From positions 8,031-72,030 of the IMG/VR virus record IMGVR_UViG_3300040809_000188: a DNA stretch of 64,000 nucleotides; one strand, written 5' to 3'. Shown one piece after another: positions 1 to 9,391 of this stretch. The stretch's first letter is position 1. Each line of letters opens with the position of its first letter. The stretch comes from a virus. Position numbers and translations under genes: made by a program. Below the pieces are notes generated by a model. It was not told the DNA's origin and made no database searches. It saw only the letters and a program-made list of their open reading frames with translations.

Positions 1-2
1 AT

Positions 3-125
3 CTTAAATTCATCACTGGCGATTACGATGTGAAAATATCTAAAGCTGGTATCTCTCATTTTAAAAATATCTCAGGCTATATCGAGTACTGGGTCGCAAC
101 AGAAACAAATTCGGAGTATAACTAA
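3..125 (+). CDS. gp45: sliding clamp gp45, C-terminal fragment (runs off window start)
   Basis: Frame from nt 3 reads LKFITGDYDVKISKAGISHF...EYWVATE..*, a typical gp45 C-terminus; lies just upstream of gp44. Confidence 0.85.
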   Translation, partial: LKFITGDYDVKISKAGISHFKNISGYIEYWVATETNSEYN

Positions 126-126
126 A

Positions 127-333
127 ATGGCACAAGTAGAACCTCAAATGATGGCAAATATGGTACAAATCATTGATGTTTGTACAAAACGTGGCGCCTT
201 TGAAGGGCAAGAACTAGCTGGTGTAGCAACAGTAAGACAGTTCTTGATCGAAAAAATTCAAGAAGATCAACCTGCACAAGACCCAGTTGGTCAATCTGTA
301 GCTGATCTTCCAGCGGAAGCCACAGAACAATAA
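127..333 (+). CDS. hypothetical protein
   Basis: 68-aa ORF filling the gap between gp45 and gp44. Confidence 0.7.
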   Translation: MAQVEPQMMANMVQIIDVCTKRGAFEGQELAGVATVRQFLIEKIQEDQPAQDPVGQSVADLPAEATEQ

Positions 334-360
334 GTCAAACTTTTATATTATGGGAATGTA

Positions 361-1302
361 ATGCGTGATAATTTTTTATGGGTAGAAAAGTATCGTCCTA
401 AGATGGTAAAGGATGCTGTTCTGCCACCCTCTCTGAAAGAAACCTTTCAGACCTTTGTGAACAACAAAAACATTCCAAACCTCCTTCTAACTGGCTCTGC
501 TGGTGTTGGTAAGACAACTATCGCTAGAGCCATGTTGGAAGAGTTGGACTGCGACTATATCGTAATCAACGGTTCTGATGAAGGACGTTCTATTGACGTT
601 CTGAGAAATGAACTGAGAAACTTTGCGTCATCTGTATCTTTTTCAGGTGGACGTAAGTATGTGATTCTAGATGAAGCAGACTATCTCAATGCTAACTCTG
701 TACAACCAGCACTGAGAAACTTCATGGAAGAGTATAGCAACAACTGTGGATTCATTCTTACTTGTAACTTTGTCAACAAGATTATTGCACCGCTACAAAG
801 TCGATGTTCTGTGATTGAGTTCAAGATTAGCAATGCTGACAAACCACAGATGGCTAAAGAGTTCTTTCAGAGAATACAAAAGATTCTATTGCTAGAACAA
901 GTCACATATGACAATAAGGTTGTAGCAGAAGTTGTCAAGAAATATTTTCCAGACAATCGTAGAGTACTCAATGAACTACAAAGATACTCTGCTACTGGTA
1001 CTATCGATACTGGTATTCTGTCTACTTTCTCCGACAAGAATCTAAACTCTCTCATCGAGGCTTTGAGAAACAAAGAGTTCAGCACGGTTCGTAAATGGGT
1101 TGCACAGAATGTTGATGGTGATGTAGCACCACTCTTTCGTAAAATCTATGAAGGTATGAATGAATACATTCAGCCTCAGAGCATACCACAGACAGTTGTG
1201 ACAATCGCTGACTATCAATACAAGTCTGCTTTTGTTGCTGATCAAGAGATCAATATCATGGCTTGTCTAACTGAACTGATGGTAGAGGTTGAGTGGAAAT
1301 GA
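361..1302 (+). CDS. gp44: clamp loader large subunit (AAA+)
   Basis: LWVEKYRP, Walker A GSAGVGKT, Walker B ILDEAD, SRC motif. Confidence 0.97.
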   Translation: MRDNFLWVEKYRPKMVKDAVLPPSLKETFQTFVNNKNIPNLLLTGSAGVGKTTIARAMLEELDCDYIVINGSDEGRSIDVLRNELRNFASSVSFSGGRKYVILDEADYLNANSVQPALRNFMEEYSNNCGFILTCNFVNKIIAPLQSRCSVIEFKISNADKPQMAKEFFQRIQKILLLEQVTYDNKVVAEVVKKYFPDNRRVLNELQRYSATGTIDTGILSTFSDKNLNSLIEALRNKEFSTVRKWVAQNVDGDVAPLFRKIYEGMNEYIQPQSIPQTVVTIADYQYKSAFVADQEINIMACLTELMVEVEWK

Positions 1303-1847
1303 TTACAGGTGTGAACGTAGATCAAATATTCTATACCGAAATGATTACCATGTCCGTATCTCAAGACACGGCTCAAGAAGTTCTACAAGAGGTTCATGCT
1401 AACAAGGATAAAATCAAACTTGTAAGTGATGCTACAAGAGAAGAGAATCCAGAGACATATGCAACAGACTGGTCCAGTCCAGTAAAAATCAAATCCTTTG
1501 AAAATCTTTTTGAGAATGGGATTGTAAGCGTATTCAAAGAAAATGGGCTGAACGTCAACCTAAAAACATACTGGACTGCTATTTACAATCAGAATGCAGT
1601 TCATTCTATGCATAATCATGCAGATGTAATTTATGATAATAATCTCTTGTCTGGAATATTGTATCTGACAAGCATAGGTGAGACTGATTTTTTTGCTAAT
1701 AGTATGTCTGCTAAATACACGCATTATAGACAAAATAGTGAGTTTGGAAGGATTGTCATCTTTCCCTCAACGCTTTTACACAGTGTAAACTATCATCATA
1801 GTGATAAAGATAGGTATATTATTGCTTTTAATATGGGAGTTGAATAA
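1299..1847 (+). CDS. 2OG-Fe(II) oxygenase superfamily protein
   Basis: HNH..LSGILYL..IFPSTLLHSV..RYIIAFN double-stranded beta-helix pattern. Confidence 0.75.
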   Translation: MITGVNVDQIFYTEMITMSVSQDTAQEVLQEVHANKDKIKLVSDATREENPETYATDWSSPVKIKSFENLFENGIVSVFKENGLNVNLKTYWTAIYNQNAVHSMHNHADVIYDNNLLSGILYLTSIGETDFFANSMSAKYTHYRQNSEFGRIVIFPSTLLHSVNYHHSDKDRYIIAFNMGVE

Positions 1848-2428
1848 TGCAAACTAAAGTATTTGATAATAACTTTACACCAGATTTTCTAGTCAAACTT
1901 TATATTGCTAGTGTTCAAATACCATGGGAATACACAAACACTTCAAACAGAGTGACATATCCACACAAATCAAAACTGTCAGTTGGTAATCTACCCTTTT
2001 TCTTTGGAAATAGATTATTTAATAAAGAAAACAGTTTAAGAGTAACAAACTGTGATGTTGATGATGTTTTTTGGGAAGTATTAGAGCATTTCTGTTTCAA
2101 TCTTTATACAGAAGAAAAACTTGAGTTGATCGCTATTGACGCAAACTTACAACTACAGGGTATGGATGGTGACTGGCATTCAGACGTTATGATTAGTCCT
2201 GATGATGGTTCAAGCAGAACGATTATGTTTTATCCAATGTATGAATGGTTTGATGATTGGGGTGGACAACTAGAGATTCAGAATGATGATGGTGGTATTG
2301 ATAGTCTTCTACCAAAGCCAGGTCGCTTCATATATTTCAACTCTAAGGAACTTCATAGAGGATTAGCGCCAAAGATACCAAACAAACCTAGAATGTCGAT
2401 TGCTTATCGCATGAGAGTTGTGGGTTGA
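1847..2428 (+). CDS. 2OG-Fe(II) oxygenase (prolyl-hydroxylase-like)
   Basis: WHSD..WGGQL..PKPGRFIYF..HRG..RMSIAY. Confidence 0.8.
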   Translation: MQTKVFDNNFTPDFLVKLYIASVQIPWEYTNTSNRVTYPHKSKLSVGNLPFFFGNRLFNKENSLRVTNCDVDDVFWEVLEHFCFNLYTEEKLELIAIDANLQLQGMDGDWHSDVMISPDDGSSRTIMFYPMYEWFDDWGGQLEIQNDDGGIDSLLPKPGRFIYFNSKELHRGLAPKIPNKPRMSIAYRMRVVG

Positions 2429-2453
2429 CATTTTGATCAAAGAGTGATATATT
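2425..2453 (+). promoter_or_regulatory. sigma70-type promoter, probably leaderless transcript for gp62-regA
   Basis: TTGACA-17-TATATT, ATG 6 nt after the -10 box, no SD. Confidence 0.75.
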
Positions 2454-2459
2454 ATTGTA

Positions 2460-2858
2460 ATGACAAATCCATTCGATTATGTAAACGCCATCAATACGAC
2501 TAAGAAGAATATCATGCGAGGTACAGAGAACGATTATCTTGCTGAAAAGTCTTACTCTGTCTTTATGACAAATCGTGCATTGTCCTATCATATGGACACT
2601 ATAGGCGCCGCTAACGAGATGAACAAGCGGTGGGAAACAGACAATCTCCTTCAGTTCGAGTATTTACTAAATACTGTTAGACCCAAAAAAAGGTTTGCTA
2701 AATGGGTGAAGAAAGATGATGAAGGCGATCTGTCTATGGTGAAGCAATATTATGGTTACAATGATGCTAAAGCACTTCAAGCCTTATCTATCCTTTCTTC
2801 AGAACAGTTGACAATAATAAGAAACACACTGGAAAAAGGTGGGAGTAATGACGGTTGA
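2460..2858 (+). CDS. gp62: clamp loader small subunit
   Basis: PFDYVNAIN..NRALSY..KKRFAKWVK..YYGYN; located before regA. Confidence 0.92.
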   Translation: MTNPFDYVNAINTTKKNIMRGTENDYLAEKSYSVFMTNRALSYHMDTIGAANEMNKRWETDNLLQFEYLLNTVRPKKRFAKWVKKDDEGDLSMVKQYYGYNDAKALQALSILSSEQLTIIRNTLEKGGSNDG

Positions 2859-3246
2859 TATTAGTAATCTCGTAGAGGTGACACTAAAAGAAGACGATGA
2901 TTTTCTAAAGATTAGAGAAACACTAACTCGTATCGGTGTCGCATCACGCAAAGACAAGACAATCTATCAGTCTTGTCATATTCTTCACAAACAAGGTAAG
3001 TATTATATCGTACACTTCAAAGAGTTGTTTGCGCTTGACGGAAAGCCTAGCAACTTTACTGAAGACGATATTGCAAGACGTAACACGATTGCTAACCTGC
3101 TTGCTGAGTGGGGATTGATTGGATTGGTAGACGACACTAAGTCTTCTGATCCTGTAGCACCACTATCACAAATCAAGGTGCTACCTTACAAAGAAAAAGA
3201 CGAATGGATTCTGACAGCAAAGTATAATATTGGGAAGAAAAAATAG
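2848..3246 (+). CDS. regA: translational repressor RegA
   Basis: DDFLKIRETLTRIGVAS..QSCHILHKQGKYYIVHFKELF. Confidence 0.97.
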   Translation: MTVDISNLVEVTLKEDDDFLKIRETLTRIGVASRKDKTIYQSCHILHKQGKYYIVHFKELFALDGKPSNFTEDDIARRNTIANLLAEWGLIGLVDDTKSSDPVAPLSQIKVLPYKEKDEWILTAKYNIGKKK

Positions 3247-3249
3247 ATT

Positions 3250-3684
3250 ATGGAAAAAAGATTGATATACTCTAACTTTCGTAGTGTAGAGGACTTTATG
3301 AATGCATTTGGGCAAGAGGTAAAAGAAGAGCCTGAGTTTCCAGATGAATCCACACAGCAGTTGAGGATTGAGTTGATTGAAGAGGAACTTGATGAACTTA
3401 AAGAAGCCATTGAAGCCAAGAATATCGTGGCGGTTGCTGATGCTCTCACTGATATTCTATATGTCACTTATGGGGCTGGTCACGCTTTTGGCCTCGATTT
3501 AGACAGATGTTTTGCTGAAGTGCAAAGAAGTAATATGAGTAAACTTGGTGCAGACGGTAAGCCAATCTACCGTGAAGATGGTAAGGTGCTGAAAGGGCCT
3601 GACTATTCTGAACCAAATCTTTACGAAATCTTGTTCTCAACATATCTTGATAAAAGAGCAAAAAAGATATCAGAGAACTCTTGA
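3250..3684 (+). CDS. MazG-like/all-alpha nucleotide pyrophosphohydrolase
   Basis: LIEEELDEL..ADALTDILYVTYG..EVQRSNMSK..REDGKVLKGP. Confidence 0.85.
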   Translation: MEKRLIYSNFRSVEDFMNAFGQEVKEEPEFPDESTQQLRIELIEEELDELKEAIEAKNIVAVADALTDILYVTYGAGHAFGLDLDRCFAEVQRSNMSKLGADGKPIYREDGKVLKGPDYSEPNLYEILFSTYLDKRAKKISENS

Positions 3685-3709
3685 AATATATGCTAATGAT
3701 GCATATATA
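3680..3709 (+). promoter_or_regulatory. promoter of hsp20 (RpoH-like or sigma70)
   Basis: CTTGAA-N16-CATATA resembles alphaproteobacterial RpoH promoters; also readable as TTGAAA-17-TATATA. Confidence 0.55.
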
Positions 3710-3714
3710 AGTCG

Positions 3715-3773
3715 TAAGCGCCTTTATGGGCTTATTTACAAAACAATCTTGCTTAATAGGAGATTAGCAAATG
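3715..3773 (+). promoter_or_regulatory. ROSE-like RNA thermometer
   Basis: Hairpin AATCTT(G)CT-TAAT-AGGAGATT (3745-3765) pairs UUGCU with the SD with a bulged G; additional upstream hairpin 3715-3734. Confidence 0.75.
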
Positions 3774-4199
3774 ACACATTTAACTACTTTCGATATTAAT
3801 CGACTCACCCCATATGCCGTTGGTTTTGACAGAATGTTCGACAATCTACAGAGATATGCTGAACACCAAAAACAATCAACAGGCTTTCCACCATACAACA
3901 TTCGTAAAGAATCAGAGACAGACTTCTACATTGACATGGCAGTAGCAGGCCTGAGCAAAGAAGATGTTGAAGTGGAGTATAAACAAGGTGAAGTCACAGT
4001 TCGCTCTACATACGATAAACTTGATGAAACTAGCGAAATGATTCACAGAGGTATCTCTATGAAGAAGTTTGACCGTAAGTTTACACTTGCTGATGATATC
4101 GTAGTGAAAGATGCTGAACTGACAAACGGTATGCTCACCATTCAACTTGAGCGTATTATTCCAGAAGAAAAGAAGCCTCGGCTGATTGAAATCAAATAG
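3771..4199 (+). CDS. hsp20: small heat shock protein (Hsp20/IbpA-like)
   Basis: GFDRMF..FPPYNI..AVAG..HRGIS..F.RKFTLAD..A.L.NGML. Confidence 0.95.
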   Translation: MTHLTTFDINRLTPYAVGFDRMFDNLQRYAEHQKQSTGFPPYNIRKESETDFYIDMAVAGLSKEDVEVEYKQGEVTVRSTYDKLDETSEMIHRGISMKKFDRKFTLADDIVVKDAELTNGMLTIQLERIIPEEKKPRLIEIK

Positions 4200-4203
4200 T
4201 TCT

Positions 4204-4234
4204 AAATAGGGGGTGTAAGGCCCCCTATTTTTTT
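4204..4234 (+). terminator. rho-independent terminator overlapping a late-promoter-like TCTAAATA
   Basis: AAATAGGGGG..CCCCCTATTT followed by a T-tract. Confidence 0.8.
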
Positions 4235-4250
4235 ATAAGGAGAATGTATA

Positions 4251-4766
4251 ATGGCGGCAGAAAACTGGCAGAAATGTTTAGAGACTATCCTTCATCACGA
4301 AGGTGGTTATGTTAATCACCCTGACGACCCAGGCGGTGAAACCAATCTTGGTGTCACGAAAAGAGTTTGGGAAGAATGGGGTGGAACTAAAGATATGAAA
4401 GACTTGACAGTAGAAGATGTCGAGCCTATCTACAAGAAGAACTATTGGGATAGAGTGAAAGGTGATGACTTGCCTTCTGGTCTAGACCTTTGTGTATTTG
4501 ATTTTGGTATCAATGCTGGAACAGGTCGTGCGGCGAAGTATCTACAAGGACTAGTTGGTGCTGGACAAGACGGCGCAATCGGACCAGGCACACTAGGTAA
4601 ACTTGCTGAGTATCTAGAGGAAAACAGTGTTGAAGTAGCAATCGGCGAATATCAACATCGTAGACAAACTTACTATGAAGGTCTGAAAACTTTCGCCACA
4701 TTTGGTAGAGGTTGGACACGGCGTGTGACTGAAACTACTGAACTTGCACTTGAGATGATGGATTAA
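4251..4766 (+). CDS. glycoside hydrolase family 108 lysozyme (endolysin) with PG-binding domain
   Basis: HEGGYVNHPDDPGGETNLGVT, DGAIGPGT, FGRGWTRR. Confidence 0.92.
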   Translation: MAAENWQKCLETILHHEGGYVNHPDDPGGETNLGVTKRVWEEWGGTKDMKDLTVEDVEPIYKKNYWDRVKGDDLPSGLDLCVFDFGINAGTGRAAKYLQGLVGAGQDGAIGPGTLGKLAEYLEENSVEVAIGEYQHRRQTYYEGLKTFATFGRGWTRRVTETTELALEMMD

Positions 4767-4873
4767 CTTTTGTAACATTTGTGCAAAAAAAGTCTAAGTT
4801 CTAAATACGAAAAGAGACACCAAAGTGCGAAGATGGGTGCCTCTTTTCTTGTCTTAACAATAGGAGAACGATT

Positions 4874-5902
4874 ATGCGTAAATCGCTCGTAGTATTATTT
4901 AGTATGATGATGCTTTCAACTGCCGCTCATGCTAGAGATTATATCAGCATTGCTGGCTCATCAACAGTCCTTCCATTTGCAACAATCATTGCTGAAAAAC
5001 TAGGTAACAACCCTGCAATCAAAACACCAGTAGTAGAATCTGGTGGATCATCTGTAGGTAAGAAGAATGTATGTCAAGGTGTTGGCACTCAATACATCGA
5101 CATTGGAAATGCTTCATCTCGTATGAAGGTAAAAGAACTAGAATACTGCAACGCACAAGGCGTTGATTTGACAGAAATCAAAGTTGGTTACGATGGTATC
5201 GTTGTTGCTAACTCAAGAAAAGCACCACAACTTGTAATCAGTCGTGCAGACTTGGGTAAAGCACTAACTGCTAAGATTCCACAAGAAGACGGCACTTGGA
5301 TCGATAATCCATACACACATTGGAATCAAGTCAATCCAGACTTGCCAAATATTCCAATCAAAGTCATGGGTCCGCCAACGACCTCTGGAACAAGAGCATC
5401 TTTTGTAGAGATGATTAATGAGAAGGCTTACTGCGGAAAAGATGAACTTGCTAAGAAAGCATTGAAGATTGCTGGCGAGAAAGCAAAAGTTTGTCGTGCT
5501 ATGAGAACAGATGGTGCATACATCGAGGCTGGTGAGCAAGACAATCTGATTGTTCAGAAACTACAAGACGATCCAGAAGCGTTTGGTATTTTCGGCTTCT
5601 CATATCTGGATCAAAACTCTGACACAATACAAGGTGCTGTGCTAGATGGTGTTGAGCCTTCTTTCGACTCTATTGCTGACGGACAATACAAAGCAAGTCG
5701 TGCGCTTTACTTCTATGTCAAGCACAATCATATTGGTGTAGTGCCAGGCATTGAAGAATACATGAAAGAGTGGACGAAGCATTGGACAGATGATGGTGTT
5801 CTTGCTGATGCTGGTATGATTCCTTTGCCAGAAGAAGAGATGTCTGAGATGAAGTCTCGTATCTCATCGCTACCAAAACTAACTGTTGAAGACTTGAAAT
5901 AA
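4874..5902 (+). CDS. pstS: phosphate ABC transporter substrate-binding protein
   Basis: Signal peptide; IAGSSTVLPF, ESGGSS, NASSR, GYDGIV, GPPTTSGT, SRALYFY. Confidence 0.93.
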   Translation: MRKSLVVLFSMMMLSTAAHARDYISIAGSSTVLPFATIIAEKLGNNPAIKTPVVESGGSSVGKKNVCQGVGTQYIDIGNASSRMKVKELEYCNAQGVDLTEIKVGYDGIVVANSRKAPQLVISRADLGKALTAKIPQEDGTWIDNPYTHWNQVNPDLPNIPIKVMGPPTTSGTRASFVEMINEKAYCGKDELAKKALKIAGEKAKVCRAMRTDGAYIEAGEQDNLIVQKLQDDPEAFGIFGFSYLDQNSDTIQGAVLDGVEPSFDSIADGQYKASRALYFYVKHNHIGVVPGIEEYMKEWTKHWTDDGVLADAGMIPLPEEEMSEMKSRISSLPKLTVEDLK

Positions 5903-5906
5903 TGTC

Positions 5907-5935
5907 TTGACATTTCGTATGGATTTTGATATAAC
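5907..5935 (+). promoter_or_regulatory. sigma70-type promoter, probably leaderless transcript for gp43
   Basis: TTGACA-17-TATAAC, ATG 6 nt downstream. Confidence 0.75.
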
Positions 5936-5941
5936 TACAGC

Positions 5942-8443
5942 ATGAGATTCTATACAAACACATACACTCGTGGCAATCTTGTCTACATCCGAGGCTATGA
6001 TAATGGTCGGCGCTTTGTAGACAAGATTCCATACTCTCCCACATTCTATCTTGCAAGCAAGCGAGACAGTGATTGGAAGACTGTCAATGGTACGCCTGTT
6101 GAACCAGTTGTCCAAGGCTCTATTCGTGAAGCAAGAGATTTCGTCAAGCGATATGCTGATGTCGATGGGTTTACCGTCTATGGTTCAAACCTGTACGAGT
6201 ATGCTTGTCTGAATGAGGAGTATGGTAACGATTACGATATCGAACACATTCGTGTTGCTAACATTGACATTGAGGTTGGTTCTGAGGAAGGATTTCCAGA
6301 GCCGTCTGATGCTAAACAACCTATCACTGCTATCACTGTAAAGATGAATGGTAAGGTGTTCGTGCTTGGTGTTGGTGAGTATCACAATACCAGAGATGAT
6401 GTTCGCTATCTCAACTGTCTGACTGAAGGCAGATTGATTATGAAGTTTCTCGACTTGTGGGAAAAACTTGATGCTGATATCGTCACTGGTTGGAATGTTC
6501 GCTTCTTTGATATTCCCTACCTTGTCAATCGTATCACTCGTCTGTTCGATGAGAAGATGGCTCAAAGGATGTCTCCACATCGTAGTCTGAACTATCGACA
6601 TATACAGCAATGGAACAGACAACAAGAGTGCTATGAACTCGCTGGTGTCTCTATCCTCGACTATCTTGAACTCTATCGTAAGTTCACATACTCACAGCAA
6701 GAATCTTATCGACTTGACCATATCGCTCATATAGAGATTGGTGAGAAGAAACTCGACTACTCTGAGGTTGGAACACTGCATGAGTTGTATCGAACTGACT
6801 ATCAGAAGTTCATTGACTATAACATCAAGGATGTGGAACTTGTCGAGCGTATTGATGACAAGATGAAACTGATTGAGATGGCTCTCGCTATCGCATACGA
6901 TGCAAAGGTGAACTACAACGATGTGTTCACACAGGTGCGTCTGTGGGATGTTCTCATTCACAACTATCTTCTAAAGAAGAAGATGGTGATACCACCAAAG
7001 AAGTCTAGCATCAAGACGCAAGCGTATGCTGGTGCTTATGTCAAAGACCCGCAAGTTGGACAACACAAATGGGTGGTGTCGTTTGACTTGAACTCGCTGT
7101 ATCCACACCTGATTATGCAATACAATATCTCGCCTGACACTTTCGTTGAGGGTAAGTTTGCACAGACATCTGTTGACAAACTGATTGCTAGTGAGACACC
7201 AGAGTGTCCAAAAGACATGGTGTTGACTGCAAATGGACACTATTATAACCGAACCTTCCAAGGCTTCCTTCCTGAGATGATGCAGACAATGTATGATGAG
7301 CGTTCTCTCTATAAGAAACAGATGATTGAAGCGGAGAAAGAACTTCAGAAATCTAAATCGAATGAACTGGTGAAGAAGATATCCAAGTATAAGAACTTGC
7401 AAATGGCCAAGAAGGTTCAGTTGAACTCTGCTTATGGTGCGCTTGGTAATCAATACTTTCGGTTCTTTGATGTACGACAAGCGGAATCTATCACACTATC
7501 TGGTCAGTTGTCTATTCGGTGGATTGAGAAACGCTTGAATGAATATTTGAACAAACTGTTGGATACGGAGGATGAAGACTATGTTATTGCGTCAGATACG
7601 GATTCAGTATACATTACTTTTGACAGGTTGGTTGATAAGGTGCTACGAGAGCGAGAGGAGGAGTCGAAGGACAGTTACTGTGGGAGGGTGGTTGACTTCC
7701 TCGACAGAGTTGCTACAGAGAAGGTTGAACCTTTTATTGATAAGGCTTATCAAGACCTTGCTGATATGATGAATGCTTATGAACAGAAGATGTTCATGAA
7801 GCGTGAGGTGATTGCTGACAAGGGTATATGGACTGCTAAGAAGCGATATATGCTGAATGTTCACGATAGTGAGGGTGTTCGTTTCTCCACACCTAAACTA
7901 AAGATGATGGGTATCGAAACTGTCAAGTCTTCAACGCCTGCGTCTTGTCGTGACGCTCTGAAGGAAGCGATTGAGATTACTCTGAACAAGGATGAAGAGA
8001 CTGTTCAGAAGTTCATCGCCGACTTCAAAGAGCAGTTCAAGTCTCTACCGTTTGAGGACATTGCTTTCCCTCGCTCACTGTCTGATTTGAATAAATATGA
8101 TAGTAAGGATAAAGACAACCTCGTCCTAGCAAAAGGAACACCTATCCATGTAAGAGGTGGACTGCTATACAATCATCTCATTCGTCAGAACGGATTGGAG
8201 AAGAAGTATCCGACTATCAAAGATGGTGAGAAGATTAAGTTCTGTTATCTCAAAGAGCCGAATGGCACTGGACAGAATGTCATCTCAATCATCAACAATC
8301 TTCCATCTGAGTTTGGACTTGAAAAGTTCATTGACTACGAACTACAGTTCGCTAAAGCGTTCACTGAGCCTTTGAAGGTTATCCTTGATGTCATCGGATG
8401 GAGTACCGAAAAGAAATCAACACTGGAGAATTTTTTTACATGA
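5942..8443 (+). CDS. gp43: family B DNA polymerase
   Basis: Exonuclease motifs DIEV, GWNVRFFD, YNIKDV; polymerase motifs SFDLNSLYP, KVQLNSAYG, ASDTDS; uninterrupted. Confidence 0.98.
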   Translation: MRFYTNTYTRGNLVYIRGYDNGRRFVDKIPYSPTFYLASKRDSDWKTVNGTPVEPVVQGSIREARDFVKRYADVDGFTVYGSNLYEYACLNEEYGNDYDIEHIRVANIDIEVGSEEGFPEPSDAKQPITAITVKMNGKVFVLGVGEYHNTRDDVRYLNCLTEGRLIMKFLDLWEKLDADIVTGWNVRFFDIPYLVNRITRLFDEKMAQRMSPHRSLNYRHIQQWNRQQECYELAGVSILDYLELYRKFTYSQQESYRLDHIAHIEIGEKKLDYSEVGTLHELYRTDYQKFIDYNIKDVELVERIDDKMKLIEMALAIAYDAKVNYNDVFTQVRLWDVLIHNYLLKKKMVIPPKKSSIKTQAYAGAYVKDPQVGQHKWVVSFDLNSLYPHLIMQYNISPDTFVEGKFAQTSVDKLIASETPECPKDMVLTANGHYYNRTFQGFLPEMMQTMYDERSLYKKQMIEAEKELQKSKSNELVKKISKYKNLQMAKKVQLNSAYGALGNQYFRFFDVRQAESITLSGQLSIRWIEKRLNEYLNKLLDTEDEDYVIASDTDSVYITFDRLVDKVLREREEESKDSYCGRVVDFLDRVATEKVEPFIDKAYQDLADMMNAYEQKMFMKREVIADKGIWTAKKRYMLNVHDSEGVRFSTPKLKMMGIETVKSSTPASCRDALKEAIEITLNKDEETVQKFIADFKEQFKSLPFEDIAFPRSLSDLNKYDSKDKDNLVLAKGTPIHVRGGLLYNHLIRQNGLEKKYPTIKDGEKIKFCYLKEPNGTGQNVISIINNLPSEFGLEKFIDYELQFAKAFTEPLKVILDVIGWSTEKKSTLENFFT

Positions 8444-9114
8444 TTTGCCATAGAATGACTAAGGGAGTATATTTTTTTGAAAATGTGTTTTCTCCTACTA
8501 CACATATGTTCTTAGAGAACTATACCAGCGATGGAATAAAATATAAATTGGATGGTAGAATGGGGTCATTAGACACACAGACGTTTAATGAAAGTCCTGA
8601 TCCCACACTGTTTCCTCTTTTTCTTGATGCTAGAGACAGAATGGTTCAACATATGTTTTATGATTCGCCAGAGTTTATGGAGATGTTTACATTTGATATA
8701 CGCATAATGGATTGGATAAATTGTTTAGCAAAAGCGCCAAACACTTTTAGCGAGACAGAGCCTCATTATCATGTCGATAATGATGGGGTTAATTTAAGCA
8801 TTGTATATTATCCACATACAACATGGGATGACTCTTGGGGTGGAAAGTTGGCAATGGGGTCTTCTTTGAAGATAAGTCCTGTTCCTAATGGTGCTGTGAT
8901 GTTTATGTCTCACATCCCCCATAAAATAGAATCCATAACTACCAAAGCACAGTCATGGAGAAAAACAATATTCGTCAGAACTAAATTGCATTGTGATATA
9001 ACAAAACTTGGTGATTTCATGAGTGATGTAGTGAAAGAAACTATGGATACAAAATATATTAAACCAAAAAAAGTCACTTTACCACAGGGTCAAAGTGTAT
9101 TAAATTTCGAGTAA
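8440..9114 (+). CDS. 2OG-Fe(II) oxygenase
   Basis: HVD..VYYPH..WGGKL..PNGAVMF..HKI..RKTI; AT-richer than flanking genes. Confidence 0.75.
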   Translation: MICHRMTKGVYFFENVFSPTTHMFLENYTSDGIKYKLDGRMGSLDTQTFNESPDPTLFPLFLDARDRMVQHMFYDSPEFMEMFTFDIRIMDWINCLAKAPNTFSETEPHYHVDNDGVNLSIVYYPHTTWDDSWGGKLAMGSSLKISPVPNGAVMFMSHIPHKIESITTKAQSWRKTIFVRTKLHCDITKLGDFMSDVVKETMDTKYIKPKKVTLPQGQSVLNFE

Positions 9115-9127
9115 CTTGGAGAAGGAT

Positions 9128-9391
9128 ATGTCTGATTTCGATTTCGGTTTCACAGCCGTCACAGAAGAAGAACTTGCAGTTGTACAACAAGCAAAAGAAA
9201 CTGTCGCATCGACCACAGAAGGGCTTGACAAACTGCAAGAAAAATGCGATACTCTGTATAACATGATAAAGCCATTGCTAAACAATCTAGCCGCAAATCC
9301 TGACAAGGATTACATCTACTGGCCGGGGGATTTACGCATGACAAAGATCGAAGAATTTAGTGACAAACTTGATGGAGTTTATAAAGGATGA
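9128..9391 (+). CDS. hypothetical phage protein
   Basis: SD AAGGA then MSDFDFGFTAVTEEEL; coiled-coil. Confidence 0.7.
   Translation: MSDFDFGFTAVTEEELAVVQQAKETVASTTEGLDKLQEKCDTLYNMIKPLLNNLAANPDKDYIYWPGDLRMTKIEEFSDKLDGVYKG

Noticed and set aside
4767-4800. Pho box upstream of pstS (TTGTAAC-ATTT-GTGCAAA)
   Set aside because: Second half-site matches CTGTCAT poorly; a PWM scan is needed
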